This document shows, one piece after another, positions 12,910 to 25,200 of a stretch of DNA of 64,000 nt. Below the pieces are notes generated by a model that was not told where the DNA came from, ran no database searches, and saw nothing but the letters and a program-made list of their open reading frames with translations. Each line of letters begins with the position of its first letter. Positions within the stretch are counted from its first letter, which is position 1. Source of the DNA: Phoronis australis (Eukaryota > Animalia > Phoronida); the NCBI GenBank assembly GCA_002633005.1, contig NMRA01000056.1, forward strand, positions 133,165 through 197,164. The letters are read 5' to 3'. A program made the position numbers and the translations under genes.

Positions 12910-14118
12910 TATTAAGCTTGCAAACAAAAGGTCTAGTTGTGTTTTTAATGAAATCTTACTTTTGTGAAGGAATTTGATAAAGTAGAATTTCACTTGTCGA
13001 CCATGTTGTGAGCTAAATAAGTGATAAATTACTCTATTGTTGCCGAAGCAGTATAGCCTGTGAATTCCAGGCATTTTGTTTTAACACAATTTCAAGTCAA
13101 ACAGATGATACTGAGAACGCTGCTCGCAGCATTCCTTTAGGAGAGCGAATACGCTCCTGAGATTGAACATTGTTTTTTTGACAGGTAAAGCACGTTGTTT
13201 ATATCACCTTTGATTCCTTACTGCACAACTGTGAGTTTTTTCCTTCTTTTGTTTGGGAACTGTGTTCAGAGACATCACGGTAAAATCTCACCAATTTTTG
13301 CCAAAATTGCCGTTCTGATTGTTCAAGGGGTTCTAAGATTGCTGTGTGTGGCCAAAGTTTTTCAAAATTTTGCCTGGTGGTAGCTGTGGTAAAAAACTTG
13401 AGCATGGAAAAAGCGTTGGTGACGCATATGTGGCATGAAAAAAATGGGGAAATGAAATTTAAGGCTATATGTGTCCTAAATTGACGAGATTTTACCTAAT
13501 ATTCGATCAGTTTTCGAAAGAATAGAGCTGAGCTGTGGTTTAGGTTGGATATTCTTACTTTTGAAGCCCGACTTCAAGTCCTGTGTTCACTGGCAGCACT
13601 GCACATTGCAGAAACTGATTCAAAGTGCCCTTTGCTCACTTTTAGCTAGACTGCCAGTACACAAACCAAATGCAAATGTAGTGAGGGCCTTGCCACGTTA
13701 AGTGTAATCACATTTACAATGGAGTATCAGTCAGATAGTTTCCAGGCAGAAGTTTTAAAGATATTTCATTTATAGAAATGCAGTGAGTTTATGTAGCTTT
13801 CCCTGCTGTGGTGTAATTTTTATTTTCAGTGCATAAATTGCTGTTGTATAGTCCTCATGTAGTTTCCACTACTAGCCCTGGAAAACACAAAGGATATGGT
13901 AATGGGCTGCCTGGAGGTGCTTGAAACATGTGGGCAACCAGTGTAATTGCAGTATTCAGGCCATGGTGGGCACCTTTATGAGAAATATATCAAACAAAAA
14001 CAAATCGAAAATTCTGGTAAAAGTAATGCTACACCCTGATTCTACTAAATAATAGGTAAAAGTGAGATTGAAAAGAAGACATTATACCGGTCTTCATCTT
14101 CATTAGTATGTTACTCTA

Positions 14119-14545
14119 AAGTCTCGTTTAGACATCAACTTTTGAACTCGCGCAACTGACACGGAGCAAATTGATCGGTGTCAAGTGGCCGTTTACACAA
14201 ACAAGTCACTAACTGTGGCAAGACGGAAGTTGTATGCTGGAGAGTGGATCACACATGCGCAGGTTTACAAATGACGGGAGATGAAGAGACAGAGAACCTG
14301 TATTTAGGTCATTACACAAGCGCAGTAGATATGATCCTTTTCACCTTGCCCCAGTTTTGTGTTTAGACACATAATTGACACGGAGCAAGATGTTCTTGCG
14401 CAAATTGCTCTACCTCACAAACGGGTGGCAAAAGTTGTCACCGCGGTGTCAATTTTCTCCAGTTCAGCGCCCCGTTTACACACATACTTGTGCTGGAACA
14501 AGTTGTTCCGTGTCAACTGATCCTTGCCAACTTTTGTAGTGCTAG
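14119..14545 (+). mobile_element. Harbinger-type MITE (family B; GTTTAGAC/GTTTACAC and TGACACGGAGCAAG motifs)
   Basis: Extended similarity to 55668-55750 and 56085-56300. Internal inverted TGACACGG/CCGTGTCA motifs. Confidence 0.65.
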
Positions 14546-17390
14546 AGCATGTTATCGGCTTTTCGGTATGACTTACATTCTGGATTAATTTGGGATTTTC
14601 TGATTTGATAACTTTTTTCTTCACAGATTGATCAATGTACTTTTGCTGCTTCACCCTTTACTGTACATTCATGTCATTAGACATGAAGGTCATGGTGGAT
14701 TGTGTTCTTGGTTTGATCATTGACCTCACCTCTGAGTTTTCAATTCGATTTCACTTAGCGTTTCACCTCTGATTGGTGCTTCACTTGTTTCATTGTTCGT
14801 AGGTTTAAGGTCATATTTCTTATCTGACATAAAAATTTCACACGTTATGCAAAAAGTTTCTTGATAAACATATCCAAGATGGTGTATTTGGTGGCCATTT
14901 TGTTTTCAAAATAAAAAAAACAGCTATTAATTGTTTTTCAAAATCGCATGTCGTGTAGAATTTCTCGCTTACACTGGTCAGGGCTCTGGTTCCCTAAGCC
15001 CCAGGCAACTTCTACCATGGCTATTCAGCTTCCCCTTTGTATTGATGTAGATCTGAGCTAATGAAGTGGAAGATAATAGCTTGCACTTAACTTTCTCATC
15101 AATGGTGGTTGTTGTTACACCCAATTTGTTTTTCTCTGGCATTTGCTCAGAGTTAAAGCCTGCAAAGTGACAAAAAGACTAAAAATTTAATTTGCGTTGA
15201 TCTTGACAAAGAACCACTTCGATCCTAACGGAACGTTGGTTTTAAATATGTTTCATACTTGTTTTCATTACTTTATTTTTAATGCTCCTGTCTACTTGTT
15301 TTTTTCTTACCGGTTAAGGGTGCTATTGTTTTATTTTGTTTTTAAACGAAGTATCAAAACAACTTAGAAGTCAGTTACTTGTGAACCCATCCCTGACTTT
15401 TCCAGATTACGGCTACACCAAACATGTCACAGCAAACAAAACTACGCGCGTCATTGGTTATCTTTATTAGAACTCAAATCGTAAAATATGTACGAAAGTG
15501 CAAATATGGTGATAGCCAAACTGAGGATTTGGAACGTCTGGACAAATTTTGGTTGCAGTAACTACATAACTATTCAACTATTCTAGCTTTTCCTCAGTCA
15601 TAAAAAATAAAATCACAGTCTTGCCACAGACCAACCTCATCCACTGTTTGCACTCTCTCATTGACTACAAAGCTATCCATCTTCTTGTCTTTACACGTGT
15701 TCCATTACAACTCTAAGCTAACTATCGAAATTGGCTGGCGCATTTCTGCGAATATCAGTTGTCGGTTAGTGTATTACTCCTGGAGTAAAATAGTTTGGCC
15801 GCGGCATGCCCTGGACCATAATCGATGTTTTAAAAGTTATTGACATCTAATTTAGTCACTGTGTGTTGTTCATAGATGTTTCAATGTAGCTTAGTTGTAT
15901 AAAGAATAATCCACATCATATCGTTAACTCTGTTCAGCGTTTGTAAATACGAGTGTATCAATACGCACAGTCGTTTATCTTCAATCGTATCCAATGTTCG
16001 TAGTTTTTAGCTTAATAGTTCGATTTTTAAAAATCAAAAACCAAACTTGTTTGTTTTTTCCATCTGAATACCACTGTGGTATTTGTTTTTAACGAAAAAC
16101 TGTCGCTTAATGCATTTTGAAAATTCCTAGTATGTAGAGACAGAGATGTTTACTACAGTTTAAGGTCCGGTAATTACACTTAATGGGGTCTTGCTCGCAC
16201 AATGTGGTCCTCGCAACTGAGTCCGACTCTGACGCCGCGCTCTCTTTGATCCTGGTAAAAGTCGCTCAGAAGGACGAGCGGTGAAAAGTCACGCATATCT
16301 TTAAAAATGCGTGACTCTCGGCATGTGAATTTCTTTAACGTATGCATTTATCATCATACTCTGCTCAAAATTGACAGGAATTTGAAACAACGCCAATATG
16401 CAAAGTTTCAGCGTCTTTCATTTCAAGATGGCGGATATCGCGACCTTTCTATTGAGGTACCCAATTTTTGCCCAGAACACATTTTCTCCAAAAGAGGTCG
16501 CAACATGTTCACAATGACTGAGGACCTGTTTGATATCATGATGATTGTGCATATTTGTTGATTTTAAATGAAATTTACATTCAAGATGGCACTTTTGCCT
16601 GACATTTGGATTTTCATTTGAACCGAGGTGTCTTCTAAAAAAATTGAATTAATATTACTTGAAAAATAGTTCATGAGTTTTCTAAGAAGTAACTATACCA
16701 CATAAATGGAAACAAATTTTCTCATTGCTACGGATTTTGAGATACTTGAGCTTCGTTGATAAAAATGACAAAAATTGAAAAGTTGACAAATTTGGTCATT
16801 CGTTGCACACTACAGGTTACATTTTCTTATCTGATTAACTTGAAAACTATACATGACGTGTCTCCTCAACATCCCTAGGTGTACAGTATTTGATTGAAAT
16901 TCATGCAGGATGCCGCTGTGGTGTTCATTTTTCAATGTTTCACCTTGCAGAGCTCATGAATTTATGGATCTTTTGGAAACTTGGGCATGTGAATAGGTGT
17001 CTTCATCAACATCATTTGTTGAGTGGGTTCCTTGCTATGGCGTAATGTTTTCAAATTATTCAAAATTCGCTGATGATGATAATTACTACTCATTTTTTTA
17101 CTTATTTTTATCTGCTCTTTTGTTGGTTTACCATGCATTGTAGAAGGCCATGTTTCTTAACACCAACACCATTACCGTTTGTTTTATCATTTTTCATTTG
17201 TGTGAGTGACTCTTGCCAAGTGTAGCTCTTCAGAACACTTTAATTTTCATCATTGTTCTACCAACAAATGTCTTCATTTTTTTGAAGTCCTAATCTCTCC
17301 AGGTAGATAAATACAACCAACATTGCTTATGAAACCAAGGTACCTCTGCAGACCACAGGAGTGACTGGCCTCCTGACTTATGACATCTCT

Positions 17391-17436
17391 GCTGACCTAT
17401 AACCTTCCCGCTGACCTATAACCTCCCTGCTGACCT
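17391..17436 (+). repeat. 19-bp tandem repeat (~2.5 copies, GCTGACCTATAACCTYCCY)
   Basis: GCTGACCT at 17391, 17410 and 17429. Confidence 0.85.
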
Positions 17437-17707
17437 CCGACATCAAGGCAATCAACCTGGTGCCATTGCAGCTTACTGTCCAACTGTGTAACCTCTTGCC
17501 ACTCTGCTACTGGCTGACATTCCCTGAAGCTGTTCACCTAATGACTGCAATTTATTCAAAGAGACCAATTTTTATCTGTGGGAGTTGTTTCTTTGTGGCA
17601 ATCACTGATGGTGTTGTAAGACAGGTCTGTTTAGAACAGCAGGGGACCCTTCGATGCCTTGCTGGCCAGGAATGGCCTCTGCCTTGAATTTCTGATTGTT
17701 GGATGTT

Positions 17708-17742
17708 ATGCAGAGTGCTGATGGGGTCAACAACCTTGTCGG
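17708..17742 (+). CDS. Candidate additional alternative first coding exon of PDE4 (MQSADGVNNLV-G)
   Basis: ATG preceded by an in-frame stop (17693). 11 codons plus 2 nt, then the consensus donor GG|GTAAGT in phase 2, like the two recognised PDE4 exons. Acceptor CTAATCTCTCCAG at 17302. I do not recognise the peptide. Confidence 0.4.
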
Positions 17743-18599
17743 GTAAGTTACCTTTCCATTCAGTTAATAATTTGTCCAGACTTAAACTTTGTTACTGGGA
17801 TTCTGCTTGGAGTAATCCTAAGAGTGGCCGCTTCCTGGATGCTTTCGTTATAGTCAGTTTTTAGCCATAAGAAAATTCGCATCTGTGCGCACCTACACCA
17901 TGATGTTTAGCTATCAACAGTTAATGTGTTGGTTTGTAGTAAAGTTATTGCTCGTTTCATTTAAGAATTGAACGTTGAACTCTCGTCTGTGTCATTGATC
18001 ATGGGTATTTAAACTGGCTATAAATCTACATTCTATCAAAGAAATAAACCTTTGATTTCAACCACTTATCAGTATGAATCTGATCTGAACTTTTTTCTTA
18101 GTCAAATGAAAGTGGTTGCTGGGCGTGGAAGGAAATCACAGTTCATAGTTGGCGCATGAAGTGATGTGTCGTGACGAGCCATTAATTGTCGAGCTCAGTC
18201 AAAGGCGATTACCCTATGCGCTGCCAGTCCTTTGGCACGCCCAGAAATCGCTTCAATTCTCAACAGGGAACAGGTTGAGACCAGTCTAAATTAAGAATTT
18301 TTTGATGGAGGGCAGTTTAATAGCCACTTTAAGGAAATTATGAGAAACCCAAGTTGAAGTTTTAAAGGAGTGGATAAAAATAAAAATAAAAACAAAAATA
18401 TTTTCTTCAAAAAAAAGCCAGTTGATGTTAAAAACATCTGTTCACATGTTAGCTCATGTCAAACCTTACAAATCTGCGTCTAACATGGGATGAAAACATG
18501 TAAAGTGCCCGGATTGGGGCTTAGTAGTGCTTTATTTGGTAAACAGTGCCCAGGTAGTGAGGGGGGGATGATAAGAAAAAAATGAAAGTGGAAAAAAAT

Positions 18600-18740
18600 T
18601 GTTATATCCGGTCTTGCTTGTTAACACAGACATTATCAACAACTTTCCCATCCAGGTCTCTAAAACAGAATAATGCTATACAATCCTCGCCAATTGCAGG
18701 GTTTGGAGCAAATTTTCAGAACTTACAAAGTCTGAACCAG
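18600..18740 (+). repeat. Diverged copy of the Kolobok-type MITE at 43127
   Basis: CTTTCCCATCCAG...AAACA.AATAATG...GAGCAAA...TTACAAAGTCTG is shared with 43140-43275. Confidence 0.65.
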
Positions 18741-19716
18741 GGAAGCGTGACCTCAGTATTAATTCAGGTCCATTACATCACCCATTCTGTAACCCTGATT
18801 GAGTGGAGAAAACTGGTTATCAAAATGCGGGTTGGTTATATCCAATTATTACCACCCAGTGAGTAATGTAATTCTACTTTCAGTCTATTGGTCTGCCAAT
18901 GGTGAAACAAATCAGGGATTGGTTGATATCGCCAAAATAGTGTTCCGTATCCTGTTACATAACCGTCCCATTTTGTACATCCGTATCTCGAGCTATGTCA
19001 ATTCAGTCAGGCTTTCTAACAATCTTAAAAACTGCTGCTATGTCAATTTTATGTGTGAAAAACATCTCATCAGCAATGGAAATCATATCCTTGAAAACTG
19101 ACGGAAAATGGAAACACGATATGAGCAGAGAACACCGTATTAACAGTGTGTGAATGACATGCCTCGTGTTAGGATGACGTTAATTAAACGCCATCAACGG
19201 CACTTGCAGATTTGATCCAGTCCTGGGTTGGCATCAGAGGTCAAGCGCGTAGTTAAATGTATAAAAATGATTGATACCCAGGCCTTTTAATGATTCATGA
19301 AAGCCGAGGGATTATATGCAATTGCTGGTGACCGTGATTTTATGCTGCGGGATTTCAATTCCACTGTAACCAATTAGGCTATTAGCAGTAGACATTCTTT
19401 GTTAGGTGCTTCCATTTTATTTCCATTGCAATCTTGGAACTAGTTACTGCTTCAGTCTGCCACATACTGTTGACCAGGAGTGCCATAGAGAGAACTCTCT
19501 ATTGCTCTGTACTTTTAATTGATTTTTTCGCTTCCATTTCGTTGTTTTCATTGGATTCAGTGGTGTCTACTTTTATGCTGGTTTTTGTAAGCTATATATC
19601 AGCAGGACATTGAGTGTGGCGTTATCACATTTCAGCTTGGTGAATTGAAAATTTATGACGATAAAGCATTGCTCAGCAGGGCAAAAGTCTAGGAGATTTG
19701 ATTTAAGGATAAAGTT

Positions 19717-19728
19717 TTGAAGGTAAGT
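19717..19728 (+). promoter_or_regulatory. Strong splice donor of a possible non-coding 5' exon
   Basis: AAG|GTAAGT (intron starts at 19723), with stops shortly upstream in the frames checked. It could splice to acceptor TTTACTCTGTTGCAG (21756) ahead of the RRHTLANVR exon. Confidence 0.3.
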
Positions 19729-20974
19729 AGCCAATATAATGCATCATGTGTTGTTGGGTTTAGTTTGGTAAACACAAATTGCTTGCGCAGTGCTGACCGA
19801 TGGTTGTTTTGCATTCCACTCGTTTATGTTTCACTGGGGATTCACGGAACTAAATATGTCTTTATGTTTTCTTACACGCTGCTTTTTGTACATTCAGCCG
19901 ACCGGTTATTCATTGAGGCTGTACTTACACACTGTTTTAGTAACATTATTATTTGGAATAATCGGAATCTTTGTTTTGTCGGATTCATGTGCTGAATTCA
20001 ATGGAGATTGCATCAGAAAACGTGTTTTTTGAAAAAGTATCAAAAAAGTTGATAAGTTACGTGAAGGGACCAAATTTCCTAAATGAGAAGGAAATATTTT
20101 CATAATTTCTGCTAAATTGAGTTTATCAACCCAACTGTACAATGCACAGATGTGGTGTGTCAAAAGTAAAGTATTTACTGCAAGCCTGTAATATTGCTCT
20201 AAATTTGATATGTTAAACAGGAATTGTTATCTGGTTAAACCATCCTGTCCACAGCTGTTTTCAGGTCAACTTAACCCGGTTACATCTCTTTCTATAATTC
20301 TAACTGTTGTGATAATTCCTCACTTATTTCGCACAAAATTTAAATACATATGCCCGATATTTGGGAGGGGGGTTGTTCCATATAAACTGAATATACAGAC
20401 TTCGTAGTGGACAGGTGTGTGGAGTTAATTGCCAAGCATCGCCAACTGCCTGCGTGTGAATTTAATGAAATGCGGCCTACAGGTTGCCAAGGTGATTCAG
20501 TTAACAGTAATTAAGTTGCTGAATCTATTTCTAATATAAGGATACGTTACCTCTCGACTGGGGAAACACTCTTTTGAGCATATGACTCTTAGTCACATAA
20601 CTTATCTATATCACCTCTTTCAACTCATGTCTACAACAGCATGAGATATCTCATGGGTGAGAGTGGTCAGATCTTATTAACACAGGTAGAAGGTGTGTCT
20701 TACCAGTGTACTATAATGACGGGGCTTTGCGAAGATATTTTCCACAGTGCAAAAGTGATCGTTTCCAAATTAGGCGAGAAGAGAAATTCCCACCAAGTAG
20801 CCTCGTGTGAAGTGAGGGACAAACTTTTGTTTCTACAGATAATTTTGGGTGTGCGAAATGAAGTGAGCGTGGTAAATTAGTGGAGAATTGCATACTATGT
20901 GAAACTGTTAGTGTTTACACTATAAATTAAAACTGCTGTAAGCCTGGTCGGTGGATTTAGTTGCCAGTCGGTCA

Positions 20975-21230
20975 GCTGTCGCTTTCCAATTTACCACCAG
21001 TTGGCGCCATTGTTTCCAGTGACATTTGACAGCAGCGCCACCTACACTCAACCCGCCTCATAAATTCTAATTTACCCCAGTTAGTGTCCTCGGTAGGCAA
21101 TTATTTCCAACAAGATTTGACAGCAGCACCACCTACAGTCATCAGTGCTGTCGCTTTCCATTTCACCCTAGTTAGTGCCTCAGTACGCCATTGTTTCAAA
21201 TGAGGTTTGGCAGCAGCGCCACCTACTGAG
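20975..21230. repeat. ~90-bp tandem repeat x3, each unit with a CTCF-like motif
   Basis: CAGC(G/A)CCACCTAC at 21033, 21124 and 21214 (period 91/90). Opposite-orientation CCACCAGTTGGCGCCA at 20994-21009. Confidence 0.8.
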
Positions 21231-21495
21231 TGACAACTTTTGCAACTGCCGTGTTCACGCAAAGTTAAATGGTTATAAGCTCTTGCTAAACCATCTTCTC
21301 GTAGAGTTATGAACCGCAGTCACTGTTAAAACTTTTAAATCTGGTTTTAAAGAGCTCAGGCAGACCGAAGCGTATAACTTTCAAATCCATTTTAAAAAGT
21401 TTTAACTACTTTGGTTTGAACAGGGTACATGTCTTTGACGTGTATGCAGATAATTCACATCTTCAAACAGGTTTATCAGGATGGTGAATAACAAC

Positions 21496-21587
21496 TGACA
21501 CAGGAAAATTCATTTTTTCCAACCAAAGAGCATTAAATATATGTTACTTAATGCTTTTTAGATGGAAAAAATGAATTTCCCGAGTCA
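21496..21587. repeat. Imperfect hairpin with ~40-bp arms and an 11-nt loop (old palindromic element)
   Basis: TGACACAGGAAAATTCATTTTTTCCAACCAAAGAGCATTAA pairs with TTAATGCTTTTTAGATGGAAAAAATGAATTTCCCGAGTCA. Outer TGACGTGT/ACACGTCA near 21436 and 21608. Confidence 0.75.
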
Positions 21588-22126
21588 AAAGATAATTCAC
21601 ACGGTTGACACGTCAGGAAATTAGACACCTTATACTGTTGAGTGGAAAGAATAAGGTGAACTTTTCCGCCTGCATTTATACATACTGTTAATTATTCACA
21701 ATTTTTCTATGGCACAGACGATGGTTGTAGTTGATGTATGGTTTACTCTGTTGCAGCTATTTTAATTGTCTCGGAGGCTGGCACAAAAAAAACACGAGAA
21801 ACATCGTGACAGACGTGTAGCCGGGATCAAGCGAATGTGAAACCATGAACAGAAAATCAATGCTCCATTCACCTGCCCGATTGACTGCTGTGCTTCGCTG
21901 TGTTGCCATTTCACACCTTTAACTGTGCCCATTATTCCAGCTAGTTACTGTGTGGAACTATTGCTTGAAGTTACTTGATACAACCCGTCTACTAATTATA
22001 CATCTTGGGTGAGGACTGAGTTTTGTTGCTTAGTGAACATTTGTGCGTTCCGCTCATTTCACACCAGCTGCACGCAGAGCTGTAAGTTGTACTTTGGGAT
22101 TATTGGAGACAACACCTTCGATAACC

Positions 22127-22221
22127 ATGCAAGGCGAAATTGGAGACATGAGGGATTTTACGAAAAATCGACAAAGAAGTCAACTGAACAGAAATCGACG
22201 GCACACTTTGGCAAATGTCCG
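22127..22221 (+). CDS. PDE4: PDE4/dunce alternative first coding exon, RRHTLANVR type
   Basis: ACCATG start. MQGEIGDMRDFTKNRQRSQLNRNRRHTLANV plus CG|GTAGGA (phase 2). Matches my recollection of the Drosophila dunce isoform N-terminus MQAEQGSIGDLQKYHSRYLKNRRHTLANVR-FDVENG. Confidence 0.85.
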
Positions 22222-25200
22222 GTAGGATTAGTTTACTTAATATTTCTTGAAGAAGAGGTGGAAAGTTTGGTTATATCAAAATATGCTGCTTGCTCCTAGA
22301 GTTTGAAATGTTTAGAAATCCTTGAAGTGTTGTGAAGTGAAAAAAAAAATCAATTTGATGTTCTTGTTTTTCAAAGTATGATCAGATAAAAAAATGCATG
22401 TTTGGTTTTACAAATTGTTATGTGTGTAAAATCTACTTCATCTTTGTAGGTCTCTTCACAATACTAGTGTCTGCAAGCAAATACAGTGAACTTGAAATGT
22501 GTAATAATCATTGGTATTTTGCAATTTCCATTTCAAATTTAATCCGTCTTGTGTCCAGTCCTCTGCCATTGGTCTTAGGACTAAACATGCACATTGCAAT
22601 CATCGATTTTACCCGTAGGGCAGACAGCAGTTTTCAAGTTACTGAATTCTTATTTTTCAGTCAGTTTAGATTGGTATCAATTTGCTTGCAATTGAAACAT
22701 GATTTTGAATTTTTCCACTAACACGTTGAGGTCATTGGCCTTTGATTGGCAATGTTTCCGGGGACACCGATTAATTATTTCTGTAATTATTGTTAGAGAA
22801 ATTAAGGACACATGGCTTTTTGAGATTTTTGTTCCTGGATCAAAGATCATAATTTTTCTCGATGTATATCATACAAAAAAGTCGCTTTGATATGATGTTT
22901 AACCTTCATCAAAAAAATTGAGGCATGCAACTTCAGTGAGATGATGAATTGTGCCTGTTTGGCATGATAGTTTTCTGTTGTCACAAAGTAATTCAGCCTG
23001 GCCATTTGACAGCTGTTCAGTATCATCTCACTTATGTAATTATTATCTTTCTCTCCTTGAACCCCATCTGCAATGTGTAATATGGTACTTGCATGGTGGT
23101 AGTTTTTCCAACTGTTTTATTAACATATGCAATTGACAAGGTCGAATTGGATCCATTATAAAACTTTCAGGATGTAAGTCTTTAGTGTTGTGATGGCCAC
23201 AATATGGACGTCTGTTTCACCCAGCTTCAAGTTCTGATGGTCAAATCGGCTACAATTTTTTTCATTCACTGTCATTTAGCAAGCATTGGACTTTATGTGA
23301 ATCATTCGACCATAACAGCATGCAGCGGTTGCCATTTGACAGCAGGATTGTGATTGGAAAGAATCAGAAATTTAGTGAAATTCCATTGCTTTGAAATCTT
23401 TGATCACATATAAACTGTAGGTTGTACTGTATGCTTGCACACAAAATACTCTTATTACCATCTGGTGTCACTGCAGTTTCAACAAGTTGCTATTAGAAAA
23501 TGGCTAATGCTTGTTTGTGTTTGTGTTTGTGTTGTTTCTAAAATATAAATTGAGATTCACTTTGTTATTGATGTTTATAAATAATAAAAAATATAAGTTA
23601 TGGTACATTGTCACCATTGCTCAATAGTATCTGTTGAGGTTGATAACATCAGCAAATGGCAATTAATCTATGGTTATTAAAAGACTTGGCTGACTTCAAC
23701 TAATATTTTAATTGCTTTTGCTTCGTAATGAAAATAGAAGTGCTAGCTAATTGTTGTTTATTATATTATCCGCACATAATGCCCGTGTTTCGAGACATTT
23801 TAAAATTTAGTTTTAATCAAAATCATTTGCACACAATGAATACGTTTCAGATTTCCTGAGAACTCAAGTAAAAAGCAGAATCTTATTATTTTGTGAACCA
23901 GACATTAACTACTTAAATAGTCCAAGACTTTCGTACTGGAAAACCCCACTACTTGGTGGACAGATGAAAGACAGATGAAGGACTCACAATTTTCAACCCC
24001 TGTAACATATCTGACAATTTAAAAATTTTCAGTATTCCCAGTATTTGTAAGAAAACTGCGAAATGAAAAGCTGGCAATATTGGCAACATTTTTTGTCTGC
24101 AATGAGTGTGCATTTACGTTGTGATAGATATCATCGTCATTTTGATACTAAGTGATTAATTTTACTAATACTTTAATGGTTTCTTTGCTCATTTCTGGGT
24201 TGAACTATTTCCTCGTTGGTAAAGCTTACGCCAAGGCCTTGTTGATCGGTCTTGATTGGCAGTGATCAAGTGGCCTCACTGACTTTGACATAGTGTCTGA
24301 ATGTAATGTTTTCTAGTTCACAGTAATTGCTCAAAGGAATCGTGCCCTTGTGCATGTGTTGAGGCAAAATCAAAGATTAAAGGGAGTAATGTGCGTTAGC
24401 ATCACAAAAGCGATGTTTTACTGAACTTGAGCTTGCTTACTGTCAAAACACATTTTATTTCATCCATAATGTAGTAGACATCAAAATTATCTGACCCTGT
24501 TGAATCAATCTTTACTTCAAAACATTTTACGTTGTCATCGATGTCCTCGTGAACATGGAAATTGTAAATCTATGACATCAATCTTTAGATCAAAACTCAT
24601 CTCATTCTTTAGTACTGTGATACACCTCAAAATTATAAACCTTCAGAATCTATTTTTACTTCAGAACACACTTTATGTAGTCGATAAAATCATGCACTGT
24701 AAAATTCTAAACCTGTAGAATCCATTTTCTTTTGTGGCACTAATGTAGCATACGGAAGATTCTTCTTACACATGCTGTGAAATTACACTAGACTTCCAGT
24801 TGTCCAGTAGTATGCAAGTTCCACTGAATAACAATGGCAATGCTATGCTTCCTTGCAAATGCCATGTCTCCATCCAGTCGGAACAACAAGGTCATTTGGC
24901 CGAGGGAGTGTTCACTTGTAGGCAAGCCACTTCAAAGGTTGTGAATTTTGTGCAATTTTATGAACAGGACACGCAAGAGTGGAGACTTCCGCCAAAAGGC
25001 TGCAATGCACTGCCATACACTGGATCCTGTTTGGCGTGTACCACCTTGCAAAATGCTACCTCAGATTGCCTCAGTATCGACTTCAGCTGTAATCTCACTC
25101 GCCAAATACAACTTCATAGTAGTTGCAAAACTCGCCAAAGACGAGCTGAAACTAAGATCTTCCACTGCTTGCTACGTTTTCTCACAAACTGGTTGACGCA

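Larger units (their letters stand above)
12500..12960 (+). mobile_element. Penelope-like retroelement fragment: ORF C-terminus, pLTR and start of the next ORF copy
   Basis: 12584-12658 reads IAVFEKPVLNEQLSGVYRTLALLR*, matching the KPxLNxQ end of PLE GIY-YIG domains. Two hammerhead-like cores follow. Then LLRNYECTSIKLANKRSSCVFNEI, which resembles PLE ORF N-termini. Confidence 0.7.
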
